Assembly: GCA_964016885.1 (NCBI GenBank)
Contig: OZ024743.1
Coordinates: 356,252,001 to 356,316,000 of the forward strand
DNA from: Eledone cirrhosa
Lineage: Eukaryota
Direction: 5' to 3'
DNA: 64,000 nt
Part shown: positions 1-13,258 of the stretch, piece by piece
Numbering within the stretch: the first letter of the stretch is position 1
How the letters are laid out: the number at the start of each line of letters is the position of its first letter
Made by a program: the position numbers and the translations under genes
The notes under the pieces: model-generated
What the model was told of the DNA's origin: nothing
What the model saw: the letters and a program-made list of their open reading frames with translations, nothing else
Database searches by the model: none

Positions 1-1695
1 GCCCTGATCAACTTGGATCAGTCTAAGGCCTTCGATAGGGTCGACCATGGTTACCTGGATGCGGTGCTAGCGGCGGCTGGGTTCGGTCCTGTTTTCAGAG
101 ACTGGATCACTGCCCTACATAGCAACCACATCTGTTCTAGGATCAAGGTGAACGGCTACCTTTCGAAGCCGTTCGAAATCACACGATCCATTCGACAGGG
201 GTGCCCTCTCTCCTCCCTTCTGTACGTATTGACTCTCGAGCCTTTACTGAGGAAGTTGGAGTTGTTGCAGGGTATCCCCCTGGAACCAGGATTGAGCAAA
301 GCGGTGTCGGCCTACGCCGATGACGTAACAGTAATGGTATCAACCGACTCGGAGATCGAGGCGATCGGTACCTTACTGGAGGAGTACGAAAGGTTGTCAG
401 GAGCGAAACTGAACCGGGAAAAATCCATCGGGCTGCAACTCGGAACGTGGAGAGGCAAACCGATGCCTCCTGACGGTGTCGTCGGACACTGGACGGAGGG
501 CCCGGTAAAGTTGCTTGGGGTCTGGTTTGGACCGGACCTCCAGGTGGAAAAGAACTGGAACGAGGTTACGAACAAGGTGTTTGCACTAACCCAGAAATGG
601 GCCAAGTGTAAGCTGTCCCTAAAAGGCCGGGCGGAGGTGGCGAACATTTACATAGCGTCCGTCACTTACTACCGCCTGACTGTCGTGCCTTGCCCTAAGG
701 AAACACTCACCACCATGGAACGCATGCTCTTCCAATTTCTTTGGAAGAAGCGTCCTCCTATGGTGAGAAGATCCATCTGCTGCCAACAACCTTCGAAAGG
801 AGGGCTGGGGATGCCGTGGTTGATGATGCGTAGGCACGCATTAAGGCTACGGCACCTACAGGTATTCCTCACTGGTCAACCGGTGTGGGCTCCGTTCGTG
901 AAACGAGCCTTTCCGAGACTCGTCTCACTCACCGAGCTACAGTCCTGGGTCAAGCAAAGATCCGGAAAACTGGGAGACTTGGACACTGAGTGTGCTCAGG
1001 CGCTCAGGGCTCTCTGGCAAGCGGGCCAGGCCATCGGTGGAGAATCCACCTCATCATTCTATAGAGGGCTGGTGGCTAGCAGGGGCGATGACACCCTTGG
1101 AGAGTCGCTGGACATGGAAGAAGACGAACTGGCCAGCCTGTTCGGTAGGACTTTCGGCCCAGGACCAATGGACAACTTCCAGAAGTCACTGGCCTGGCAG
1201 TGCTACCGAGGGGCTCTACCCGTTCGAGAGAGGCTCTACAGACACGGGCGCCCGGGCAGGGATCCCTCAAAAAAGATTTGCCCTAGATGCGTGCGTCACG
1301 AAGAAACCGTAGCGCACGCATTGGTGCAATGTCCGGGCGTGGCTGATCTGTGGGGCTACGCCGAACAACTGCTGTCGCGGGTGGCGCCGATTAAATTGAC
1401 CGCCGAGTCCGTGATGACAATCAAACCGCCTCCCCTCTTCACAAAGGAAGCAAAGGCGGTTTTTCTGTGCGTAATAGCCATGTTGAAAGAGGTTGTTTGG
1501 TGGACACGATTGAAAGGTCTGAGGTCAGGCAACTTCCTCTCTGGCCATAGTCTGGTCTACTTCTTCCGATATCACTTCGGAAGAAGGATAAGAATGGAGA
1601 GAGAGGTGCTTGGCCACAGGCAGTTTTATGAAAGGTGGGTGATAGTGGCGAGAATGGCTCGTGTAAATGGGCCTTCTCTGTATACCATCCTGTAG
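1..1695 (+). CDS. Tx1/L1-clade non-LTR retrotransposon ORF2, C-terminal part (RT + CCHC zinc knuckle); open from the window edge
   Basis: RT motifs LDQSKAFDRV, IRQGCPLSSLLY, YADD, KLLGVWF, GGLGMP; C-terminal CPRC..ETVAHALVQC; no stops over more than 560 codons. Confidence 0.95.
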   Translation, partial: ALINLDQSKAFDRVDHGYLDAVLAAAGFGPVFRDWITALHSNHICSRIKVNGYLSKPFEITRSIRQGCPLSSLLYVLTLEPLLRKLELLQGIPLEPGLSKAVSAYADDVTVMVSTDSEIEAIGTLLEEYERLSGAKLNREKSIGLQLGTWRGKPMPPDGVVGHWTEGPVKLLGVWFGPDLQVEKNWNEVTNKVFALTQKWAKCKLSLKGRAEVANIYIASVTYYRLTVVPCPKETLTTMERMLFQFLWKKRPPMVRRSICCQQPSKGGLGMPWLMMRRHALRLRHLQVFLTGQPVWAPFVKRAFPRLVSLTELQSWVKQRSGKLGDLDTECAQALRALWQAGQAIGGESTSSFYRGLVASRGDDTLGESLDMEEDELASLFGRTFGPGPMDNFQKSLAWQCYRGALPVRERLYRHGRPGRDPSKKICPRCVRHEETVAHALVQCPGVADLWGYAEQLLSRVAPIKLTAESVMTIKPPPLFTKEAKAVFLCVIAMLKEVVWWTRLKGLRSGNFLSGHSLVYFFRYHFGRRIRMEREVLGHRQFYERWVIVARMARVNGPSLYTIL

Positions 1696-1909
1696 GTAAA
1701 GAAGTAAAGGAGAGGGGAGCACCTTCTCCATGTGCTCCCCGGGCAAAGGATTGCACACTTTTTCGGGGGTGTGTGCAACCCCCATCACGTCCCCTCCCTT
1801 TTGAGGTTATTTTCGATTATTTTCATGTTACACCCTTTTTACTCGATTATATGTAAACTCCCCCTTTGTATTTGTCCCTTCTTTTTATGCCTTTATGGTA
1901 AATAAAAAA

Positions 1910-1910
<1 letters not shown>
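1..1910 (+). mobile_element. Tx1-clade LINE copy 1 (subfamily A) with 3' UTR and A-tail running into (TCTA)n
   Basis: ORF2, ~200-nt UTR, AATAAAAAAA at ~1901-1910, then (TCTA)n; highly similar to 30296-31399. Confidence 0.9.
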
Positions 1911-1950
<40 letters not shown>

Positions 1951-1975
1951 AAGAAAGTTATCTATCTATCTATCT
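1911..1975. repeat. (TCTA)n microsatellite
   Basis: direct reading. Confidence 0.95.
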
Positions 1976-2622
1976 GTTTGTCTGTCGGTCTATCTAACGA
2001 CAACGCTTCTGACAGTATTTCGTTTTTTTACCACCCATCCTCTTTCAACTCTCTCATTATTCCTCGTCTCTCTTTATCTGTCTTTTTCTCGTTTTTCCTC
2101 TCGTCTCTGCTACACATTATGTTTCCTTACTTTCATTATCCCTCAATCCTACACCTTCTTTCAATGTTCTTTCATTCTTTGTTTCTCCTTCTCTCTGTCT
2201 TTCTCTCGAAATATTCTCTCACCAATCCTTCTCTTTCTTCACTTCTCTCTATTCTCTTTACTTTTACCTGTCTTATAAATCACTGTAGTTGATATTGTGC
2301 CTCTCACTCCTTCACTATCCTGCTCGCCACACCACCCGCATTCTTTTCTATTCTACACATCTCTTTAACTCTAATAAATCATTTCTCTTTCTTTATTTAT
2401 TTCTCACCCTCCCTCTATCATCCTCTTGCATTTTCTCTTTTTCTTTCACCTATCTTTCGATATCCCATTCCTCACTCTCTAATTCTCTCTTTATCTTCCC
2501 CATTCTGTCTTTTTCTCTGTGTCTTTCCAAGTAGTTTTTTTTTTCTCTTTCCCTCTACTCCACCTCTAAATTCTGTCTCTTAAATCTCCTCCGCCCGCAC
2601 TCACATTTTTCTCTTTTTTTTT

Positions 2623-2801
2623 ACCACCACCACCACCACCACCACTACCACCACCACCATCACCACCACCATCACCATCACCACCATCATCATCATCACC
2701 AGCATCACCACCATCATCACCACCACCACCACCATCATCACCACCACCACCACCATCACCACCATCACCATCATCACCAGCATCACCAGCATCCCACCAC
2801 C

Positions 2802-2832
<31 letters not shown>

Positions 2833-3015
2833 CCAGCATCAGCAACATCATCATCACCACCACCACCACCACCTACAACACCACCGCCATCACTACCACC
2901 AGCGCAGCCGACACCACCACCACCTCCACCACCACAACCACTACCACAACCACCGGCACCATCATCATCACCAGTATCACCAGATATCATCAAAAATATC
3001 ATCATCAACAATAAC
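2623..3015. repeat. (CAC/CAT)n compound trinucleotide tract
   Basis: direct reading. Confidence 0.9.
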
Positions 3016-3696
3016 AAGAAGTCCTCATGGTTTACATTCTAGTTTTTATCTCCTCTCCTCTCTTGTCAAAAACTTGCACCCTTTAATATATGATTAATTG
3101 CACTATAAAAGAAACCGATGTCGCAAAAGTTGCGCAAGAGAGAGTTGGTGTGGGGTTAGGTTTTAGACAACTACTACCATCATCATCCACATCATCATTA
3201 TCCCCCCCCCCTCTTCCTCCTCCTCCTCCTCCTCCTCATCATCATCATCATCATTATAATCATCTTCATTAGGAACAGCACTATAAAACATCACCATCAT
3301 CAAAGAGACGTTGGGATATTATATATTATACAGATGAATTATAAAACAACAACAATTAGTTTAATATTTGGTTCCGAGTTCAAATCACACCATTGCCTTT
3401 CATCCCTTATAAAGCAGTAAAAATAAAACTTACAACTCTCAATAATACACACACACACACACATGCACAAACACACACACATACATACACACAAACAAAC
3501 ACACACACACACACACACATATACATATATATATATATCAAAGATAATAGAAGGCTGTAAATAATACACACACACGCACACATTATATAATAGAAGGCCG
3601 GATTCCAATACACTATTTAGATTGCAAAAATCATAGTACGTATTTCTATAGCCTGCTTACATTGTCAGATTATTACGTAAGACTTTGGCGACGTCA

Positions 3697-4576
3697 TCTA
3701 TATATATAAAGCTGTGGTTGTCTGTCTGTCTATCGATTTTTGGCACACATCTCCTCTTAGAATCTCTGACGGAATTGCACCGAAATTGCTATACTTGTAC
3801 ATTGAGCCCTAGCGAAGACATCGGAAAAATAATATTTCAAATTGACCCACCCTATGTGACGAAATCGAATCTAATGTATCGATTTTTTAGCGTAAGTGAC
3901 GAGTTATTTCCCTTTGTTCTATATATATAAAGCTGTGGTTGTCTGTCTGTCTATCGATTTTTGGCACACATCTCCTCTTAGAATCTCTGACGGAATTGCA
4001 CCGAAATTGCTATACTTGTACATTGAGCCCTAGCGAAGACATCGGAAAAAAATATTTCAAATTGACCCACCCTATGTGACGAAATCGAATCTAATGTATC
4101 GATTTTTTAGCGTAAGTGACGAGTTATTTCCCTTTGTTCTGTTTACATTGAGCGTCTTACGTTCTGTTTACATTTTCTGCGTGCAAAAATTAAAAAAATT
4201 ACGCTGGCTTTCTCAGCGTTTAAAATGACATTAACACAATACACGAACAGTTGTCGAGCCAGCAAAATTTTGACCTGCAAAATTCATCAGTTCGAACACT
4301 AAACTTCCGTTTTGCTTCATTTCCATTTAAAAGCCTTTTAAAACAATATTTTTACTTGAAAACAAGTCTATTTAAAGACTACGTAAAACAAGCAAATATT
4401 TCGTAAAAAAAAGCAAAAATTATATAAGTTTATTTAAAATATATGTATCTGTAAATTTCGTTAGGCGTGCAGACAGACAGTCGTGCAGACAGACTTTAAG
4501 CCAAAAAAGAAACTTAACATTGTAACTTTAACACAGCTACTGAGCGACCCCGAGCAACGCAGGGCTTTACTGCTAG
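3697..4576 (+). mobile_element. Non-autonomous Helitron with a tandemly duplicated 5' end
   Basis: A|TC 5' end; subterminal hairpin CCCGAGCAACGCAGGG then CTAG|T; the first 221 bp are repeated (3697-3917 / 3918-~4139). Confidence 0.75.
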
Positions 4577-4697
4577 TCTTGTATAAATTGCAGGGAACTA
4601 TGTAATCATTTATAAGATAACGGCGAACATAAACAGAGAATAGATTAGATTCGGAGAGGGCGTGCCGTTCAGTGTTACTGCCACAACACCCAACTCG

Positions 4698-4791
4698 TTT
4701 CTTCTTCTTCTTCTTCTTCTTCTTCTTCTTCTTCTTCTTCTTCTTCTTCTTCTTCTTCTTCTTCTTCTTCTTCTTCTTCTTCTTCTTCTTC
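4698..4791. repeat. (TTC)n microsatellite
   Basis: direct reading. Confidence 0.95.
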
Positions 4792-5180
4792 TCTGAGTTG
4801 GCTACTTTGTAATATGAGAAGGGGTGTAGGAGACCAAAAGTGGAGAAGAGTCAAGTGGTTAGTTTGCAAAATCTCATGTGAAAACACCAATAAACTCTCG
4901 AACCGTCCACAATAGCCCAATGTGCAGAACAGCACAGAAGGAATTTAATAAGTGGTTTGCGAAAATGTCAGTGTAGATAGTAGATAGTAAATGGTAGAAT
5001 CTGCAAAGTAACAGACGAAGTGCTTTGAAATGTTTTCTTACCTTCATTTCCATTGCTTTATAATTGTTCAGAATTCATAAAGTACCAGTAATCTACTAGG
5101 ATTGATTTAATTGACTATACACATGCATCAATATTTGTGACACGCTTCTAGCTTATATACTGTTATTATGTTAGAGCTAG

Positions 5181-5372
5181 AGGGCGGTGGATTGGCAGAT
5201 TCGGTAGAGCATGGGACACCATGCTTTGCAGCATAGAGTTATGGCCCTTTATGTTCTGAGTTAAAATCCTGCCAATGTTAGGTTTGCTTTTCATCTTTAC
5301 GGGGTCTATAAAATAAAGTACCAATAATACACTGTGATAATTGCTGGCCTTGTGCCAAAAGTAGAAACAATT
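5181..5372 (+). mobile_element. tRNA-derived SINE (main family in this window)
   Basis: A-box-like TGGCAGATTCGG, degenerate B box, central TTTCATC..GGGGTC.ATAAAATAAAGTACCA domain, GCCTTGTGCCAAAAGTAGAAAC tail. Confidence 0.8.
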
Positions 5373-5810
5373 ATGTTAGAGCTAAAGGAGGTGAATGTGG
5401 ATGAGAGAATCATTCGAATGGAAAGTTACTTTCTCTTACATTCTCAGTTCAAATTTTGGCAGATGAGACTATGTCTATCAAATTCTGGACTTCTTGAAAC
5501 ATTACTAGAGTCGTTTCCGTCGAAGATGCCATTGCTTCGAAATTGTGCGTTTTTTTTTTACCAATGTAGGAATCTATTATCACGTCACAGAGCACCTATC
5601 TTTGTATTTGCCTATACCACATGATCATAAAGTCGTGAGTTCGATTCCAGAGCGGGCAGCGGTTTAGATCTGTCAACAGGACGCATCACATTGAGTAGCA
5701 ATATATATTAATATGTCATTTAGAATATTCCTCCGTAGTCAAGATACGATGAAGCCTCAAACCTCACACATTTTAACTTTGGCTCTCCGTTTGTAATACA
5801 CCCATTATTA

Positions 5811-5894
<84 letters not shown>

Positions 5895-6802
5895 GTGTGT
5901 ATGTATGTATGTATGCATATATGTATGTATATATAATATAATAAAGAGGAGTAATGTGGAGTACGGGATTGTGTCCTGAATAAATATTGAATGAGTATTA
6001 CATAAATGTACTAAATTTCGTAACTCTTGATTAAATATAAATAATTTTATTGCTTATTTCAAGATTCACTTCTTTTAAAATTTTCAAATGTCAATACTTC
6101 CCGTTATGATATAATGGACGCTATATCATATTATATAAACATTCATATACTTGCATCGTTATATAAGGTTTATATTTCGGTCGCTAATTTTCTCATTTTT
6201 CGTTTTCATAAAATTTTGCCGTAATGCACTTTATATATAATATCATCTTTTTTAAATGTATCAATTTACTGATTACAGTAAATCTTCAATTTCTGTGCAT
6301 ATTCTCAATTACGATTTTATTTGACGCAGCATATCTACATGCATATATATTTGCGCATAATATCAACATGCACACTACACATGCTAGCAGAAGACTACTC
6401 GAAGGGTGGTTTTTCTTCTAATATATATAAATATAGTGTAGGTATATATATTTATATATGTTGTATACACACACGCACCCTTTTATTAACATACTTTTGC
6501 TCATAGCTTCGTACTTACATGCACGCACACTCTTTCACTCACATATACACACACTTTTCTTCTTAGCTTCGTATAATAACACATACAAACACATGCTTAC
6601 GCACGTGCACAAGTGTAGCTCTTTTTACATTTCAGGTTGACGCGGTCCATTATCCACTTTTCTAAAATATAAATCATACACAAAACGCCAGCACCAACAG
6701 TTTTGCAAGAGATGTCAACATAAATGGACCTGTTATTTTTATCTATAGACATTTTTTTCAATTCCATCCGGCCCGTCCCCTCAATCTATCTTATTCTCAT
6801 TC

Positions 6803-6845
6803 TTTCTTCTGATGAAGGACTAGCGTCTGAAACATTAAGTCTCTC
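6803..6845 (+). ncRNA. Hammerhead-like motif in a Penelope pLTR-type fragment
   Basis: CTGATGA-AGGAC-TAGC-GTCT-GAAAC-ATTAA-GTC; stem I not evident. Confidence 0.5.
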
Positions 6846-6925
6846 TTCCTGCTATATCAAGCGTTAACCTAATATATTCCTTCCATATACTGTACCTATT
6901 GTGTTGTTATTTCTGTTTACCCTTT

Positions 6926-6982
<57 letters not shown>

Positions 6983-7295
6983 TATATGTATATATATATA
7001 TATATGAATTTAGTCCTTCATCAGTGATCTTCCAACCTTCATTGGTATTTCATATATATATATATATATATATAGTTAAAACTGAGAACAAAAACAAAGC
7101 GAGGAGTTCAGTACAAAGTGTTAGTATTAGGTTCACATTGTCATTAAATTTGAAACGTATACAGATGTCAAAATGTGTTGTTTGTGAAAGAGGGAGAGCC
7201 TGTGTGAACGGGGTTTCTGTGAAAAGTTATGCTTACTACTCTATGTGTATAATGATATTATTAATGAGGAGTAGCGGGATTAAAGATCACAATTA

Positions 7296-7352
<57 letters not shown>
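7296..7352. repeat. (TAG)n microsatellite
   Basis: direct reading. Confidence 0.95.
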
Positions 7353-7522
7353 GGTGAAATGGAAGAGGAGGTGGGGCGGGAGGGGTGTGGGGTGTAATAA
7401 TGTTGATAACAATGATGACAAACATTTTAATGATCATTTCAATAATCACGATGACTGCTATAAGGGAAATGAGGAGGTTATGGTAGAGGGACGGCGTTAG
7501 GGGAGGAGAGGGTAAAATGGTT

Positions 7523-7785
7523 AATGATGATGTTGTTTCTTCTCTTACTGCTCCTGATGATGGTGATGCTTATGATGATGGTGGTGATGAGGAGTAAGGG
7601 GATGACGATGATGATGACGAAGAAGATGATGATGGTGTTGATGATGATGATGATGGTGTTGATGATGATGATGATGGTGATGATGAAGATGATGATGAAT
7701 GTGACGGTGATGATGATGCTGATGATGAATGTGACGATGATGATGATGCTGATGATGATGATGATGATGATGATGATGGTGATGG

Positions 7786-7835
<50 letters not shown>

Positions 7836-7857
7836 GTGATGACGACGACGACCACGA

Positions 7858-7888
<31 letters not shown>

Positions 7889-7957
7889 GATGATGATGAT
7901 GATGACGACGATGATGACGATGGCGATGTTGATGATGATAATGATGATGACGTTGGC

Positions 7958-7992
<35 letters not shown>

Positions 7993-8135
7993 CGATTGCG
8001 ATTTTGATGGTGATGACGATGGCGGTGATGGTGGTTGTGATACTGATGACGATGATGGTGATGGTGATGACGATGGCGGTGATGGTGGCTGTGATACTGA
8101 TGACGACGATGATGATGATGATGATGACAATAATG
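7523..8135. repeat. (ATG)n compound tract
   Basis: source of the poly-M/H/S ORFs in the track. Confidence 0.95.
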
Positions 8136-8528
8136 ATTGTTCATATATCAGATTGCTATCTCCGATTAAAATAATATCGTTCAGGCAATAATACTATTCA
8201 CCTTTGACATTAGATTTCCGATCGTAAATCAACGGTCCAATCGGCAGAAGGCAACACCTCGCAGCATTTTTCTCTAATTACGTCATGTGACCTTTACAGG
8301 TGAGATAGATGCACAATACTGTTGCCTACTCCATTACTGCATTTAACAACAGACAGGTATATACTCCACGCATTTTCACACACACACACACACGGACACG
8401 TGCGCGTACATACGAATCATTGCCAATATGTGTGTGTGAGTACGCACACATGTATGTATGTGAGCGTATGCTTGTACCTCTCTCTCTCTCTATATATGTA
8501 TATATATATGTATATATACAAGTATATA

Positions 8529-8617
<89 letters not shown>

Positions 8618-8974
8618 ATATATATACATATATATATATATGCTTATATATATAGAGAGAGAGAGAGATAGATAGATAGATAGATATATACATATATACA
8701 TATATATATATCGATGTGCGAGTAATTGTATGTGTGTATAAATATGTAATGCGTCTTATGTGATTGTATGTATGTGTTTCTAGCAGTGTTCGCATTTTGA
8801 TGCACACATGCATAATTTACCGTGTTCCAATTAAAGAATCAGAAAAATCATTTGATAGAATTACTGTCTCCCAAACTCAATTTCTTCACTTTCGTCTATA
8901 AGTCAAACATACCAACATACACACACACACACACAGACACACACACAGACACACACACAGGCACACGCACACAG

Positions 8975-9019
<45 letters not shown>

Positions 9020-9058
9020 CACACACACACTTATATATATTTATATACTCACATACAC

Positions 9059-9095
<37 letters not shown>

Positions 9096-9269
9096 CATTC
9101 ACACACATATATATGCATATTTATCCATGTATACATTTACATGTGTACTCATATATATATGTTGTTGGACCTCCGTCTGTTTATACGAAGATAACGGAAA
9201 TGAATATGCATGTATCTCACCATTAAGTTTATTTTCAGGGAGGTTCAATCTAACAGAAAGCCAATGGGA

Positions 9270-9420
9270 AAAGGATAGCACTTTAATTACACTGGCCGAG
9301 TGGAGTGAAACAGCATGTAAAATGTTTCTTGCTCAATGACACAACATACAGTTTGAGCTCGGATTTGAACACACGATCTTGCAATGATTTAACGAACGCC
9401 TTAATCACTAGGCCATGCAC
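9270..9420 (-). mobile_element. Degenerate tRNA-derived SINE of a second family
   Basis: minus strand has TGGCCTAGTGATTAAGG (A box) and GTGTTCAAATCC (B box), followed by GTGTCATTGAGCAAGAAAC. Confidence 0.5.
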
Positions 9421-9494
9421 TATAACATATAAATAAACACGTTCATGTAGTACGTATATATATGTGTGTGTGTGAGTGTGTGTGTGTCTATACA

Positions 9495-10380
9495 TTAGTC
9501 GTCGGTTTCTGTCCCTCTTAGGAGACGATGGAAATATCTTCTTTCTTTTTCGCTAATTTCCACATCACCTGTATTACACAACTTCGTGTTTACGTCCTTA
9601 TTGCAGTAGCATATCGTATGGGTAACCGTGGCATAATGAAGAATGGCAGTCTATATTGCAGTAACCACAATGGTAGACTAAGACATCGTGAATGGGGTTC
9701 ATGTCTTCCACCTGTGTGATTTGGTCGCGAAGTTGATTTCGATCAAGTTCCGTCCTTTTCTCCTGCCATCACATCATGGTGTGAGCTTATGTCCGGCTGT
9801 TACTCTATTTGAAGGAATACTGAATGGAGGTAATGTTTACACAACCAGGCTGACAATATAATAGAAGCTTAAAGATATGGTCTGCATTGTAGATATGGGC
9901 TTAAATCCTCTCGTGAAAAATACCTCACAGCTGTTAACCTTGTCTTCTTTTCAACACCTTCTAGTCTTTCTGTTTGGGTGTATAATCACACTTAGAATCA
10001 CAGTAAATTTGACCACCTAACACGCTAACGTCTCACGATGGGAAACGATTCGAGTATTGTCAGATAGATGCTATTAAGTATGATGCAACTATGGTTAGCC
10101 CCATGTATGGCCAAATTCTGTGCGGCGGGGATCTGTTCACCAGCACAGAGTGTTTGCACTAATTTTTATTTAAATATTGAGGCTAGGATTCAAGATATCC
10201 AAGACACTCATCCTATTTTGTTTAAGGTCTCCACATTAAAAGTAGTTGGGGACGCAATATAGCTACACTCAACCGAAGCCAACAATTTGGCTTTAATGCA
10301 TCTACAGTGATGATTAATGTTAGTCTAGAGTCTGGGAGTACAGATGCTTTACAGTGAATACAAGTTAAAACCAAGTTCAA
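9495..10380 (-). mobile_element. Very decayed LINE (possibly RTE-like) 3' remnant
   Basis: minus-strand LKQNRMSVLGYL-like segment resembling the RTE R.RWLGHV region; weak. Confidence 0.3.
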
Positions 10381-10453
10381 GTTTTATGGTGATGAAAAAT
10401 TATCACCATATGCTAGACATGAAATTTAAATAACTATCACATATCTATATATG

Positions 10454-10490
<37 letters not shown>

Positions 10491-10993
10491 GTGTGTGTGT
10501 GCGTACAAACAGACATAAATGTGTACGCATATCTTTAATCATATACACATAACAATGAATGAATACAGATTGATATAGTTAATTATATACACTTGTATAT
10601 ATGTACATTTACATATATCAGTGTGTGTTTTTGTTTGGATGTGTTTGTGTGTATGTGTGCGTGTGTGTGTGTGTGAGTGTGTGTGTGTGTGTGTGAATGT
10701 GTGTGCGTGTGTGTATGTGTGTGTGTATGTGTGTGTGTGTGTATAGATTAAATTAGCAGAGTGGTTAGACGTAGATTGGATATTTGTTCTGGCTCTATGC
10801 ACACTAAGTTCAAATTCCGCTGAGTTACACTTTGCCTTTCATCAATATATAATGTATATGGCCAGGTTTATGCTGATCTCTGCTCTCAATGTTCCAGAGA
10901 GAGAGAGAGGGGCGTGTGGAGCTTGTGTCTGCTCACGACAGAATGGTCATTTAAACATTGATAATAATACTACCACGTTACATTATATTGCAA

Positions 10994-11185
10994 GGGCGGT
11001 GGATTGGCAGTATCGGTAGAGAGACGGACACCATGCTTTGAAGCATAGAGTTACGTCCCTTTATGATCTGAGTTCAAATCCCGCCGAGGTTAACTTTGCC
11101 TTTCATCCTTACGGGGTCGATAAAATAAAGTACCAGTAATGTACTGTGTAATTTCTGGCCTTGTGCCAAAAATAGAAACAATTAT
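10994..11185 (+). mobile_element. tRNA-derived SINE (main family)
   Basis: GGCGGTGGATTGGCAGTATCGG...GAGTTCAAATCC...TTTGCCTTTCATCCTTACGGGGTCGATAAAATAAAGTACCAG. Confidence 0.85.
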
Positions 11186-11223
11186 ATTGCAAGTAACGAT
11201 TGATGCAGATTATATATATATAT

Positions 11224-11395
11224 GGCGGTGAATTGGCAGTATCGGTAGAGGGTCGGACGCATAGAGTTACGGCCCTTGCCATTCTGAGTTCAAATCCCGC
11301 CGAGGTTAACTTTGCCTTTCATCCTTACGGGGTCGATAAAATAAAGTACCAGTAATACACTGGGCAATTGCTGGCCTTGTGCCAAAAGTAGAAAC

Positions 11396-11400
<5 letters not shown>
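11224..11400 (+). mobile_element. tRNA-derived SINE (main family)
   Basis: same motifs as 10994-11185. Confidence 0.85.
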
Positions 11401-11430
<30 letters not shown>

Positions 11431-11803
11431 GCTGTGAGTTGTTTTCTAAACCTGTATATATATATATATGTATAAATGATTATATATGTTCTGGCTCGTT
11501 AATTTATTAACCTGCCATTGAACCACATTGGCATATGGTTGGATAATACACGTGTTCCTATTCGTTTTTTGCGTGTAGGAATATATAATTTATTATTATT
11601 AAACTCCCCTGGTCGAGATGAAATCTGGTCATTTTGACTACTGCTATTTATAGTGGTAGTAGATTGACCTCCCTGCCTCTGCTTCTATCTTTACACACGG
11701 CACTGGACAGAATTGCTTCCACATCATTCATTCTCATCTCGGAACAATTTTGAATAGCGCGAGTATTTGAACTCGGGAATTATATATTCTCCGAGTGAAA
11801 AGA

Positions 11804-11890
11804 ACCTTCTGATGAGAGTTTATCTTTTCAATGGAAGCCCGCAAGGACTTTCCATTTATTTTTGAGACTCGAAACCGATTCGGTAAAGGT
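11804..11890 (+). ncRNA. Type I hammerhead ribozyme with canonical core
   Basis: stem I ACCTT/AAGGT; CTGATGA; stem II GAGTTTTA/TGAGACTC with an inner GCAA-capped hairpin; GAAAC; stem III ACCG-ATT-CGGT; GUA cleavage triplet at 11883-11885. Confidence 0.85.
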
Positions 11891-11987
11891 AACCATAGTA
11901 AGTACAGTGAATTTTTTGAAATTTATTTTGAAACTTTTTCTTATTTGCTAAACCTTGATTATATTTATATATATATATATATATATA

Positions 11988-12173
11988 ACAAAGGAAATGT
12001 GGTAAGGAACTAGATGGACCATAACGCACCAGAGTACTCAATACTTAGAGTAGTAGAGTGGGAAGTAGCAAAAAGTATGACGCCGACGGCAGAGCTCAAG
12101 CCGTTTCGACGGCTAGTCCAGAAATAGCCGTCGAAACGGCTTGAGCTCTGCCGTCGGGGGTCATACTTTTTCC
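11988..12173. mobile_element. Short fold-back element with hammerhead 3' halves (family F), in (TA)n
   Basis: hairpin arms ~12070-12172 containing GAAACGGC-TTGAGCTCT-GCCGTC; homologous to 20221-20408 and 31482-31657. Confidence 0.7.
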
Positions 12174-12227
12174 TATATATATATATGTATATGAGTGTCT
12201 TTGTATGTGTGCATACACTCACATGCA

Positions 12228-12267
<40 letters not shown>

Positions 12268-12271
<4 letters not shown>

Positions 12272-13221
12272 AAAAATTGAACAGGGACAGAACAGAGAGG
12301 CAGTACGACAAATGTTTATTAGCTTCACGCTCAGGAGAGTGGGGGGTAGGTGGAGGACGACGTTTCGGGCATAAGCCCTTCTTCGGGTAAGAGTTCAAAA
12401 GGTGTGTAGGGGAGTGGTGGAGAGACATATAGCGAAAGGAAACGGTGCGAATGAAAAATTAACAAATAAAGACAAAATTATAATAAATAATAAATAAAAA
12501 TAAAGCATGATCAAAATACAAGGAATGAGAACATTTAAAAATAAAGGCATGATCAAAATAAACTGAAATTAAAAGGGGGGTAAACAGGTGGTGGAAGGGT
12601 GTGGGGTGAGTAGAGGTGGAGGCGGGTGGAGTGGGGAGAGGGAGACGGGGTGTCCGAGCGGGGAGGGCTGAAGGTGGTGTGTGTGGTTAGGTGTGCGTGT
12701 GTGTGTGTGTGTGTGTATGTGAAAGTGAGGGTTGGGGGAAGAACGGGGTTGCATGTTCAGGAAGGTGTGTGTGGGGGGTGTTTTTGTGTGTCGGAGGGTC
12801 TGTGCGTGTGTGGATAGGGGGTGGGGGGAGAGGAATCAGGGGGCTGAGGGTGTAAATATGTGGTGGGAAGCACGTGTGTGTGGTTTAAGCGTGTTGTGGG
12901 TGTGGGTGGCGTGTGGATAAAAAAATTTGTTTTGGGATGTGTGTGTGGGTGAGTTATATAGGTGATGGTGTTAGAGGATGGTTGAAAAGTGGTAAGTTAC
13001 ACGGATGTATGGAGATTTTGGTTGGAAGTCAAAACGCGTGTGGGTAATCCAAGAAGCGGTGGTCGGAAGAGGAGAGATGTGGGGTGCGCGCGCAACAGGA
13101 AGTGGTCAGCAGTGGAAGTGCTGTGGTCAGTGGGTGCTGAGACAGTGGTCGGAAGGGCATAGCAGCAGTCAGCGGAATGATAGGGAGGCGAGGATGGGTA
13201 GGTGTGAGAGTTGGAGTGAGG

Positions 13222-13258
<37 letters not shown>

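Noticed and set aside
7478-8174. Poly-Met/His/Ser/Ile ORFs
   Set aside because: These are translations of an (ATG)n microsatellite.
10994-11100. tRNA genes at SINE heads
   Set aside because: A/B boxes are present but there is no cloverleaf, and they are always attached to the SINE body.
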